A DNA stretch of 63,952 bases, the filler included, from Chrysochromulina tobinii (lineage: Eukaryota): assembly GCA_001275005.1 (NCBI GenBank). It is 5 parts of 5 records of this genome, joined end to end, with 100 filler letters (N's around TTAATTAATTAA, not from the genome) between each part and the next. Parts side by side here need not be neighbours in the genome. Positions count along the whole stretch, not along the records: positions 27,154 to 38,911 come from JWZX01001431.1; positions 39,012 to 61,558 come from JWZX01001432.1; 3 more parts are not named here. One strand, given 5' to 3'. The notes under the pieces were generated by a model. The model did not search any database. It had not been told where the DNA came from and worked only from the letters and a program-made list of their open reading frames with translations. A program made the translations under genes and the position numbers. Every line of letters starts with the position of its first letter. Position 1 is the first letter of the stretch. Below are positions 30,370-41,225 of this stretch, piece after piece.

Positions 30370-31603
30370 CCAGCTCCAGCGCCACCAGCAACAGCAGCGG
30401 CCAGAGGAGCGACGCTTATGCGGCGGCCAACGGCTCGGCCGACGGCCTACGGCTCGGCACACGTACATGTAACGCTCTGCTCGCGGCGCTCGTCGCCTCG
30501 GGAGAGGTGAGCTCGGCGACCCATGTGCTGCTGAGCGACGTGATTGCCTCTGATGACCTCGAATGACCTCTGATGGCCTCCCTCATCAGGTGAGCTCGGC
30601 GACCCATGTGCTGCGCGCCATGGAGGAGGGTGCCGCGCACCCGCCGAATGCGTACTCGTACTGCATCATGATGAGCGCGTATGGCGCGCGCAACCAGCTC
30701 GGGAACGCCGAACGCTTGTGGAAGCTGCTCTGGCAGCAGGGGTGGGTGGACACCGTCGTTCTCAACTGTTGGCTCCAGGCGTGCATTACCAACGGCGAGG
30801 TACAGCGTGCGCTCCTCGCGCCGAGCCTCTGGGCATCTGCATGCACGTGCTCACGATGGCGCTCGCTCCCCTCTCCCCGCAGGTGCCGCGTGCGCTCCAG
30901 GCGTTCCAAACGGCCAAAAAGGAACTTCCCAGCCTGCAGCTGGACAAGGTGACCTTCGGGACCCTCATCAACGGCCAACTGAGCGACGTGATTGCCTCTA
31001 ATGACCTCTGATGCCCCCCCTCATCAGGTGACCTTCGGGACCCTCATCAACGGCCTCACCCGACCCTACGGCGCGAACAACAATGTGGCGAGCGCGCGAC
31101 GCGCCCTCCAGCTCTGGGCCGAGATGCGCCTGCTCGGACTCGCGCCCGACGCGCGGATCGTCACGCCGCTCTTCGACGCATGCACCCGGCACGTGGGTGT
31201 CGAGACAGTGCTCAAGCTGCGCGTCGAGCTCGTGCGCATGGGCTGGAATGTCGCCGCACTCCGCCCCCACGACCAGGTGCTCATCGCCGCGCTACCTTCA
31301 CTCAAAGAGGTGCTTCGCGATCAGCCCAAGTGGGAGGCTCTCGGCGTGCGTCTCCCTCCCACGCTGGGCTCCGAACAGGCGCAGCTCAGCCTCACCATGC
31401 CCGCGCTCCCGACCGCCGTCGTCCCTCCCGCGGCGACGTCGGTCCCACGGGCCGGCCGTGCGGAGTTTGAGCACGACGACGGCACGGAGGTGCCGTGCGT
31501 CGTTGAGGATGACGAGTGCGCCGCGCAACCCGCGAGCGCAGGCGAGGAGATCTGGGAGCGCCATGCGTGGAATAGCATGGACGGCTCCTGGAGGTACATA
31601 TAA
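28947..31603 (+). CDS. Pentatricopeptide repeat (PPR) protein with signal peptide, 803 aa; introns 30507-30589, 30800-30882, 30949-31027
   Basis: PPR motifs TFCILIKGYGRAG, TLNALLDAYARNG, TYNTLIKGYS, PNEVTYSTLIHAC, VTFGTLINGL; removing the three phase-0 introns restores the frame. Confidence 0.9.
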
Positions 31604-32284
31604 AATCTCTGTTCCATCTGTGTCCCTTCCTTTTCGATCGGTTCCTCTACGTCTACCTTTGTGCTTCTTGTAATCTCGGACTCGAGTCGACCAGTCGTGC
31701 GCGACTCCACTTCTCCAGACGGACTGCACAGAGACCGGGATGTCGGATCCACGAACGTGCGCAATGCCCGCAATGGTCGGATCAAGGCCACGTGTCATAC
31801 AGGGCCTAAATCACGGCCGACTGGACTCCTTAGGCTAATGCTGGTGTGCACTCGAGTCCACGACAAGCAGCGAGGAGAACAAGCAGGTTTCCATGCCCGG
31901 GTCCCGTCGTGTCACCAGGTGCCGTTCCATGTCCCATGTTGCATGCCGCCTTACTCTCACGCCGACATCCCCTTCAAATTCCCCCACCGCAATTCAGGGG
32001 GTCCTGCCAATGTGTAGGTAGCTTGGTAAGTTACAAGTTCTCTCTGTGCACTCGAGTACTGATTGCCGGCCGTCACACGAGCGATAACTAATAGTAAAGT
32101 ACAGCCGGGATCCCCTGTGAGCGCCTCCCACGCACGCCTTTTCGGGGCTTGTGGGTGTGTGTCTGGCCGAGAGGGCCCTGAAACGAACGAACGAACAGCC
32201 GGGATCCCTCGGGAACTCATTCACACACTCTTCGACCCACACGCGGCGAGAAACTCGCGCGTCGGCCTAAAAGAAGAAGACGCC

Positions 32285-35200
32285 ATGGCCACCACCAAGA
32301 CCGAAGAAGGCGTCCACGTGCTGGGTTCGGGCAATACCTTTGAGCGCCCGTTGACGGTCAACGAGCCTTGTGCCTTCTCCTTTGCCTTCTCTGTGGACGG
32401 CAACCTACCGCTCGAGTTCTCGGTGATGCTCCGCGCCAAGGGCAAGGACATGCAGCTGCTGCCAGCAAGTAGATATGCGGAGCTCGACGGAGAGGTGCTT
32501 CTTCCGGGTGCCGGCACGTGCATCGCACGGTGGCACAACCCGTCCGGCTGGGTGTTTAATGCGCCGGCGGCCACGCTGTACTTCAAGCTGCAGGTGCTCA
32601 AGCAGACCCCGATGCCCGCACTCAAGAGCCCGGCCGCCGCGCCGGCGCCCCCTGCGCCCGCCGAGCCGGCCAGCGCCGAGCCGGTCGAGCCGCCGAGCCC
32701 GGAGCCCCCCTCGAGCGCCATGCTCGCCGCCATCGACGCGGCCGTCGAGGTGGCCAAGGCGAAGGCCGCCGGGGCAGCTAATGCCGCGGCGGCTGAGGCT
32801 GGGGCGGCCGAAGCGGTGAGGGCGAAGGCCGCCGCGGCGGCGCAAGCTGAGGAGGCCGCTGCCGCGGCGGCGCAAGCTGAGGAGGCCGCTGCCGCGGCTG
32901 CGGAGCAGGCAGCCGCGGCGGAGGCTGCCAAGGCGGAGGCGGAGGCGGAGGCGGCGGCCATGGAGGCTGCGAAGGCGGAAATGGAAGCGCAGGCGGCGGA
33001 GGCGGCGGCCGCGGCGAGCGCCGCCCTGAGCGCCGCCATCGAGGCAGCCATCGAGGCAGAGGCGGCGGAGAACCCCGGGGAAGCGCCCCCACCGTGGGTT
33101 CCGTCAACTTCGTCGGTTGCATCATGGGTGACCCACGAAGGGCTGCTTCAGAAGCGCACGAGCGCGAGCGTGCCGGCCGGGGGCATACACGAGGTGTGAA
33201 GTGAAGCATGGGCTGTGAAGCGCACACAGTTGCTCCGCCTGATCGAGCTCTGATGTGCTCTGAGTGCGACTGATGGCCGCTGAGTACATCGTAATTGTGG
33301 CTCCGCCCCTGAGCTCAAGCTGTGATGACCCCTAATGACCTCTGATGACCCTAATGACCTCTGATGACCCCCGATGACCCCTGATGACCTCGAACCGCCT
33401 CCAATGACCCCTGATGACCTCTGATGACCCCTGATGGCCTCCGATGGCCTCTGATGGCCCCTGATGACCTCAAACCGTCTCCAATGGCCTCAGGTGAAGC
33501 TGACTGTGCCGAGTGGCGGCGCCCTCCTGCTCACCACGGCGCCCGCTCCCTTCCCCACAGGTGAAGCTGACTGTGCCCAGTGGCGGCGCCCTCTTCCTCT
33601 CGTGCACGCTCGGACCGAACAAGCCGGCGTCCTTCTCCGCGTACATGGCCCCGCTCACGACGGCGCTCCACGAGCCGCCCGCGACGGCGCGTGGGGAGAC
33701 GTACGCGGTGGTGCGCGCGGCGCCGTCGGAGATTGACAAGCTCATTGGGTACCCTCTGCCAGCGGCCGCCGAGCATGCTCTCTCTGCGAGGCACGCGAAC
33801 GCGACGCTCCTCGGCAAGGCGGCGAGAGACGCTGCGATCGAGCTGGAGTGGGCCTACGAAGTGAATACCAACGGCCAGCGGGCCTTCACAGAGGCCATCG
33901 AGCTGACCGATACGGCGCTCGTGCGCCTCGAGATCGACGGTGCGTGCGAGCTGACGCTGTCTTGGGAACATGTGTCCACGACGTGGATCTTTCGCGATAG
34001 TGAGACGCCGTTGGCGTGGAGCGCGACGCTGCTGCGCCTCGTGCCTGACATGGGCGCTGAGCTGGGCGCCGGCGGCACACCCACCGCCCCCTCAGCCACC
34101 ACCACCACCTCCTCCTCCTCCTCCTCCTCCTCCTCCTCCTCCTCGCCGCCACCGCCGCCGCTTCCGCAACCCGCGTCGCCAACAACGTTGTCACCGCAGC
34201 CGCCGCTGCCTCCACAACTAGCCACCGGCACCACCGGCGTCACACGCCCACACTGGTCGCCGCACCGGTCGTCGCCGCTCGCCCGTCCCGCCCAATACGA
34301 CGCGCCCGATACGGCGCGCGAGCTCGCGAGCTCGCCGTCGGCGTCCACGCCGCCCGCCAACCCGGCGCCTGCTCAACACGACGCGCTCGATCAGGCACCC
34401 ACGCCGCCGTCGGCGAGCTCGCCGCCGCCGCCGCCGCCCACGACGGCGGGCGCCCAATACGACGCCCTCATGCAAAAGGCGATGGACGAAGCTCTCGCTA
34501 AGGCTCTAGCAGGCGCGACTTTGACGAAGCCGGCGTTCGTCAACGTCGCGCCTGTGCTGGCGGAGGCGCCCGCCTCGGCGCCCGCCTCGGCCGCTCATCA
34601 CGGCGCCACGGCGCCCATCACGCCCGCCCATCACGCCGCCCACCACGCCCTCACGTGCCGCCCCTGCGCCCGACACGGCGCCATCTCCAGGAACGGTTAC
34701 CTCCGTCGAGAGGACCACCGGCGCCGTGGCGGGCGCATCCGTCGAGGATAGGGGCGCTTCCCTCGTCGCCTCTCTGAGGGTCGATGCCGAGTCTGCTGTA
34801 GCTGACGACGGCGAGGGCGAGGCGCCCCGCACCGGCTTTCGAACGCGGATGCCGCCGCCCTCGCCCTCGCCCTCGAACGAGAATGTCCGTGACATGCCCT
34901 CCAGTTTGCGCCTGCCTTTGGCGCAGGAGGACGAGGACGAGGACGAGGACGAGGAGGACGACGACGAGGACGAGGAGGACGACGAGGATCTTTCGCAGAT
35001 CACCCGCCACCCCTCCCTCGGCGCCGACGGCGGCGACGGCAGCCTGCGCTACTCGACGTCTGCCGAGTGGGCATTGATTGAGCAAGGGAAGCTGAATGGG
35101 GTGCCCGCCACGACGCTCGACGCTCGAGAGCCCACCGAGGCGCCCAACACGACGCGGTCGCTGCCCGGCCCGGCGCCCCCCCCTGACCCTGAGGAGGAGG

Positions 35201-35637
35201 CGAGGGAGGCGGAGGCGGAGGCGCAGCGCGCCCAGGCATGGGCAAGCATGGGCGTCCCCGTCATCTTCGACTGCGCATCGGCCAGATTAGGCACTTGCTC
35301 GTCGGCGGTCACCGCCGTCACCGCCGCTGCCGCCCTCGCCGCCACCGGTGTCGCAGGTGGCGGCGCTCACGACGGCGCTCCGGAGTACGTGGGCGAGGGG
35401 CCGCTGCCCACCTCGGCGCTCAAGCTGCTCGACGAGCTCAATCTGGCCAAGTACAAGAAGAAGTTTCGTCACGAGGACCTGACGGAGGTGAGCATGTTCC
35501 TCGCGATGCTCGAGGTCGGAGCACACGGGGCCGCCGACCTGCGCGCCATCCTTCGCGAAGTCGGCATGTCGCTCGGCCATCGAGAGAAGGTGCTACTTGC
35601 CCTCACGACGCGCCCGGCCCCCACCACGGTCCACTGA
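32285..35637 (+). CDS. GOLD-domain protein with low-complexity linkers and C-terminal SAM domain; intron 33194-33560; apparent frameshift between 34510 and 34749
   Basis: GOLD-like LEFSV..DGEVLLPGAGTCIARWHNPSGW..LYFKLQV and a second unit GACELTLSWEHVSTTW. SAM-like LLDELNLAKYKKKFRHEDL..LREVGMSLGHREKVL lies in a different frame. Confidence 0.65.
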
Positions 35638-35813
35638 GCGCTCGTCACGACGCGGTGGCCCCCAAAGAACGAATCTCTGAGCGCTCGTCACGACGCGTTG
35701 GCCCCCAAAGAACGAATCTCTGAGCGCTCGTCACGACGCGGTGGCCCCCAAAGAACGAATCTCTGAGCGCTCGTCACGACGCGGTGGCCCCCAAAGAACG
35801 AATCTCTGAGCGC
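35635..35813. repeat. 43-bp tandem repeat, 4 copies plus a partial, starting at the stop codon of the upstream gene
   Basis: TGAGCGCTCGTCACGACGCGGTGGCCCCCAAAGAACGAATCTC at 35635, 35678, 35721, 35764; no spacers. Confidence 0.95.
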
Positions 35814-36260
35814 GGTGCGGCGCGGCGGCGGCGGCGGCAGGCGGCAGGCGGAGGGCGCAGAGGGCTTCGTCTCGGCTCCCGTTGCTGACGAAACTGACGA
35901 AACTGACGTCGCGTCGGTCGGAGCCGCAGAGGGCTCCGTCTCGCGCGCGAGTAGCTGGGAGCGCACTTGACCTGTGGGGACTTTTTCGTGGGAGAATCTC
36001 GGAGTCGGGGCTGGTCCGGGCGCGTTTTTCAACTTTCAAGCGTTCTCGCTCTACACGACTTGTACACGCGCTTCATGAAACGGGAGTCGGGTCCAAGTTA
36101 CGAACCGACCAAAAACGGTGAAACTTGCGGCCAATCCTCGACTCACCCGCGGCGCGGCCGGCACGCGACGAAGCTCCGCGACCGTGCTGACAACCGTCTT
36201 GACGGCTGGCTCGAGAGCGCGACCGTTGCCTCGCGTGAAAGGCCTTTAAGCGCGCGAAAG

Positions 36261-38911
36261 ATGTACGGCCAGAGTGGAGTCAAGGACATCATACGCCGCC
36301 GGAGCCAAGGGAATGAGGAAGACACCATGCCGTTGCTCGGTGGGAACGCCTCACCAAGCGAATTCTTTCGGCCAGGTGGCAACGCGTCCGTCGCAACGCC
36401 TCAGAAGTTGCAGAAAGTGCAAACCTTGCCGCAAACCTCAGAGGCAAGCCGCGACCAAGACTTGGAAGAGACACGATCAATTGGTGCTTCGTCTCACCAT
36501 GCTGATGAGCCCGAGGAGCTCTCAAAGGATGAGGTGCAGATGATCAAGGCGAGGACGATGTTTCAGATGGTCGAGGACATCCAGAGTTCCGGAGGCAGCG
36601 CCAAAAAGCTACTCTTCCTGACGAATTCGCAGGCGGAGTACTTGAGCAGCAGCCAGCAGACGTTGGTGAAGATGCTTGATGCGCTCGAGCTTCCCAAGCC
36701 CAAGCTCGTGATCAATATACTCATGTCTCAGGGCTTCCGCGCAAACACCGATATCCAGGGAGATCGGCCGTTTGCTTGTGAAAAACAAGAAGCTGGCCTC
36801 GTCAACCACCGCCCTGCATTCCTATCGTTGGAAGAGGAGCGGGCTGCCGAAGGGAAGATCGAGCGATTCATGGCCGATGTGTTGCTGCCTCTCGCTGCTC
36901 AAACCAATGCCATCGTGCTTTGCAGTGCGGACCCTTCAAGCTGTGTCCTCAGCGCGGCGCTGACGCGCGTGTTCGGCTTGCTTCGGGCGAAGTGGGGAGC
37001 CAAACCGCCCTTCACGCTCATATCCGTCTTCGGCTCCGTCCACAACTTATACCGCAACTCTGATTTGAATGCGTCGTGGCGCGAGATGCGCAAGCTGTCC
37101 AGATCATGGCGCCAGCGCGATCGTATGCTCACAGAGATGGTCGCGCGGCAGTACACCGGACCTGACGGAGAGATCACCTTTAGGGATCAAGATCTTGACC
37201 CGAATGCCACGGTCCTCCTTGTGGTCGATGGCATCAATACGAAGAAGATGAAGTGTGCCGACAAGACCAGCTACAACAAACTCGTTACCGAGCTTGTTCG
37301 TCACCTGGCGGGCACGTTGCCCTCGCTGAGTATGAAGACTGGCAACTCCGACAAGGGTACTCTATCCGAAGCCTTCTCTTCGAGCCTCGCGATGGCCATG
37401 GATTCGGCTTGCTCTGGAACTCCGCTCCTACTTCTGGACGCGCGAACGCGACCATTTCTGGTTGCGTCGGATCGTGCGAGTCTGATTGAAGCGGCAAAGG
37501 AAGCCTGCTCCGCGATCGGGGACTCTTTGTTTCAGGCAGGCCTCTGCGAAACTTTCGATACCTGCACCGTCTCGTTTTTCCACAAGGTCCTGTTCGAAGA
37601 TGGTATGAAGCTTATCCAGACAACAAACGTCAGAGATGCTGCGGATACCTTGCTTAAGCGTCTTAAGCCAGCGATGGTTCCGCTTCATGAGGCGATCTCC
37701 TTTGCCAAGGAAGGGCTTTCCACGCAAGCTAGGAACAATGAGCAGCGCTTCAAGCCACCGTCTGCACATCAGATTCATGAGGTGTGCGCGTCGCATCTTT
37801 TCTCTCCCCGCTACTCTCTCATGCGCCCTGCGCCTCATGCGCCCTGCGCTCGCCGCTGCGCATCCGATGGCGCTTCAATATGCTCACGACACTTACCTTG
37901 CGGCTGCTTGGATGCCACAGGTGGCCGTATGGATCGCAGACAAGTACTTTCAAGACGCGTGGCAGCTTCTCCCCGATCGTGAGACTCGCGAGCAGACGGG
38001 CCAGACCTATCAAGACCTTTACCGGGATCGCAGCACAGCAATGGCGGCCATCACTTCTACCATCTTGAGCTCTCCCAACGTTCACCACGTCAATTTAGAT
38101 GATGAGGACGGTTCGAAAAAGCTGGTTGACCAGCTCGTCCGTCTCGACCGCCTCCCGCGGGAAACGCCGATCGAGGGCTTGCTTCTGATGCAAGAGGCGT
38201 GGTGCGCATACGATGTGGCGATGCACCTCGCCGATCGCTACAAGGGCATCAGCAAGTTGATCTTCTTCTTACAGCTGCTTCTCATCTTTGCAGTCATGGT
38301 GGCGACCGCTTTGGCAGCACTATCCTGCCCTTGGGCTGGCGAAGGCGAAGCTCACCGGCAGCTGGGCTCAATGGAGCTGGCAGCGGCGACTTCAACGAGC
38401 TTGAACCTCCTGCACAGTATGACGTCCATGCCCCGCGCGAGTTACGTCAACATCGCCTTCATCCTCTCCGCGTTCGCCTCGGTTCTAATTTCAGTGGATT
38501 CCGTCATCAATGCAAAGCTGCGCTGGCGGCAGTTGCGCAACGGTGCCGGGACTCTGGAATCTTACTTATGGTGCTACCGCACTCGAGTAGGCTCCTTTGA
38601 GCTCGACCAGAATTCAGACTCACGCTCCTCCGAACTCGCCCTTTGCAATGCACTCATCCGCTGGCGTCAGGAGATCGTCTCTGGCGGTGACCTCCAGGTG
38701 AGTGGATTCGGCCAGGCATACCCAGAATACATTTACAAGCACGCGCAGAACACGGGCATTCTCCCTGATGGCGAAGACGACCACCACTCACCCGTGCAGC
38801 CGCAAAAGTACGTCGACTTGCGCATCATACCGTCGATTGCGTTTTACCAGGATCGGATCCCCAAGTATGCGATGGTGCGCTACGTGCTTCGCATGATGCT
38901 CCTCACGTCCA
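36261..38911 (+). CDS. TRPM-type SLOG (LSDAT-like) domain + SLATT/DUF4231-like transmembrane domains; intron 37782-37920; 3'-truncated by the gap
   Basis: LELPKPKLVINI and VLLPLAAQTNAIVL resemble the TRPM MHR1/2 SLOG domain. Two TM helices followed by RWRQLRNGAGTLESYLWCYRTRVG, then YVDLRIIPSIAFYQ, resemble tandem SLATT units. Confidence 0.65.
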
Positions 38912-39011
38912 NNNNNNNNNNNNNNNNNNNNNNNNNNNNNNNNNNNNNNNNNNNNTTAATTAATTAANNNNNNNNNNNNNNNNNNNNNNNNNNNNNNNNN
39001 NNNNNNNNNNN
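38912..39011. other. Artificial contig linker
   Basis: 44 N + TTAATTAATTAA + 44 N. Confidence 0.98.
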
Positions 39012-40886
39012 GCCGCCACCGCCGATGCCGCCACCGCCGATGCCGCCACCGCCGATGCTTCCGCCTCTGCTGCCACCGATCGTGCCGCCACCGCCAATGC
39101 TGCCGCCACCACCCACGCTGCCACAGCCGCCGATGCTGTTGCCGCCACAGCCGATGCTGCCACCGATGCTGCCGCCCATGCCGCCTCCCATGCTGCCGCA
39201 ACCGCCAATGCCGCCTCCACCGCCAATGCTGCCGCCACCGCCAATGCTGCCGCCGCCACCGCTGACGCTGCCGCCACCGCCGATGCTACCGCCGATGCTT
39301 CTACCGCCACCGATGCTACCGCCGATGCTTCTACCGCCACCGATGCTACCGCCGATGCTTCTACCGCCACCGATGCTCCCGACACCGGCGCTCTCGTCCG
39401 CCAACGTGCCCGCCTCAGCCACGGCCAGCTCGCCCCGAGATCTCGCCTCAGCAACAGCCGGCTCGCCGTACTCTTCGCCGACACGCGCTTCGGCTCTGTT
39501 GGCATCATGCGCACTGGCCCCCGACACGTTGCCTTCGTCGGCCTTGGTACCCAGTGGCTCCAACGGCGCCGACGGGTCTGGGTGCGCAGCTCCGGCCGCC
39601 GCCGACTGCTGCGACGCTGGCCAAGCCGATTGACCTCCGCTCACCTGAACCGAGCTGCCTCGCGGTGGCTCATCCCCGGACAGCGCCTCAGAGGTAGCCA
39701 GCGACTCAGAGCGGGGCGGCATCCTGCCACTGGCTACCTCGCCCGCCAGTGCAGGCAGCGGCAAGCCTACCTGTCCTGTGGGCTGTTGTTGTCCATGGGC
39801 GTGGGTGCGCATCTGGGCCTGCAGCAGTGCAAACTGCTCCGGGGTTAGGTTCGCGGGGATGCTGGCGTGCATCGGCAGCGGCGCGTGCTGCTGCTGCTGC
39901 ATCGCCATCTGCTGCTTCTGCTGCTGCATCCGAATCTGCTGCTGCTGCTGCAGCTGGAGCATTTGCTGCTGCTGCAACTGCATCTGCATCTGCATCTGCT
40001 GCTGCTGCGCAGTTGGCATCGACGCAGCCGCCATCACCATCTGCATCTGAAGCTGCATCTGCTGCTGCTGCTGCTGCTGCATCTGCATCTGCTGCTGCTG
40101 CTGCTGCTGCTGCATCTGCTGCTGCGGCTGCTGCGGCGGCGGCGGCGGCAGCTGCGGCGGCGGCGGCGGCGGCGGCGGCTGGCCCATCGTATGGTGCTCG
40201 CCCCCTGCGCCACCACCCACCGCCTCGGCTGCCGCTTCCTGCGCCTTGAGCACCGCCTCGCGCAGGGAGCGGTTGGGAAGCACCTTGGTACCGTTGGCTT
40301 GCCAGTTGACACGACAGCTCGGGCACTCGCCTTTCTGCTTGATGTACTGCTGCAGCGGCTCTTTGGAAAATGAGGTGCCGCAGCACGTGGTGATGACCGC
40401 ATCGACAAAGACGCGCCCGCTCAGAGGATCGATAAGCTTGGTGCCGTACGAGCCACCACCCGCCCGCGCTGCCGCCGCCGCGCGCGCGGCGGCTTCGGCG
40501 GCTGCGATGCCCGGCACTGGGAGCATCGCTGCTGCCGCCACCACGTCCGAGGAGTCGGCATTGCCTGCTTCAGACGGGTCGCCAGTGCCTACATTACCGC
40601 TGCCCTGACCCGCGCCCTCCTCGTCCACGGCTGTGCCAACGATGGCCTCGCGCCGCAGTTGTGGAACGCGCTTGACGAGCACGGCCGTATTGCGAGGGAT
40701 GAGCGCGTTCTCCTCGTACACTTCACCCGTCTGCGCGTTGGACAGTTCCAGCACGAACAGGTCCTTGCCCTTGACGATCTTCTGCTCTGCGACGATCTTT
40801 TCGCGCAGCTCAATGAGCGGGATGTGGGGGCCGTCGAATTTCACGCTGAACGTGTCGTTGCTTGACTTGAACTTGTACTGCGCCAT
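39012..40886 (-). CDS. DWNN + U-box/RING-like protein (RBBP6/Mpe1 family) with polyQ and Gly-rich tail; 3'-truncated by the gap
   Basis: DWNN: YKFKSS..VKFDGPHIPLIELREKI..NAQTGEVYEENALIPRNTAVLVKRVP. RING/U-box: DAVITTCCGTSF..CPSCR..PNRSLREAV. Confidence 0.85.
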
Positions 40887-41225
40887 GCCGCGAAGTCGCG
40901 GGGTGTGCACGAGGCCTCCCGACGCGTTGGGCGTCGTTTTGATCACACAAAACTTAGGAACAACCTGGGCCGGTTTACGGGTACCTTCAAACGCGCTCCA
41001 TCCACTTTGTTGACACTTCCAGGCATGCAATTGGGATCTATGTATTGTTCTAATTTGGGTTGTCTTCTTCCCGTTTCTTTTGCGAACCTAGGTTCCTACA
41101 CGCTGCAGACCTGCAGTCGAAAGCTGCAACGACGGTCTGGTTGGGAGGAGAGGAGAGCTTCTCTTGGTATAGGGCCTGCAGCTTCTGACGGTCTGTGCCC
41201 TTACCGGCGCTCGAGCGGGCGGGAG

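Larger units (their letters stand above)
16582..33560. repeat. Dispersed 3'-splice-site cassette family A (GCATGCA[A/T/C]GTGCTCACCACGGCGC-pyrimidines-CCCCACAG), 12 copies
   Basis: Ends introns at 16582, 19237, 19651, 19803, 20721, 20869, 23095, 23829, 23911, 24177 (- strand) and 30882, 33560 (+ strand); always in the sense orientation of the host gene. Confidence 0.9.

Noticed and set aside
35635..35813. Possible CRISPR array
   Set aside because: Units are contiguous with no unique spacers, there are no cas genes, and the context is eukaryotic.
39025..39633. Pro/Met-rich + strand ORF (formin/extensin-like)
   Set aside because: It is the antisense of the Gly-rich low-complexity tail of the DWNN gene at a contig end; no independent evidence.
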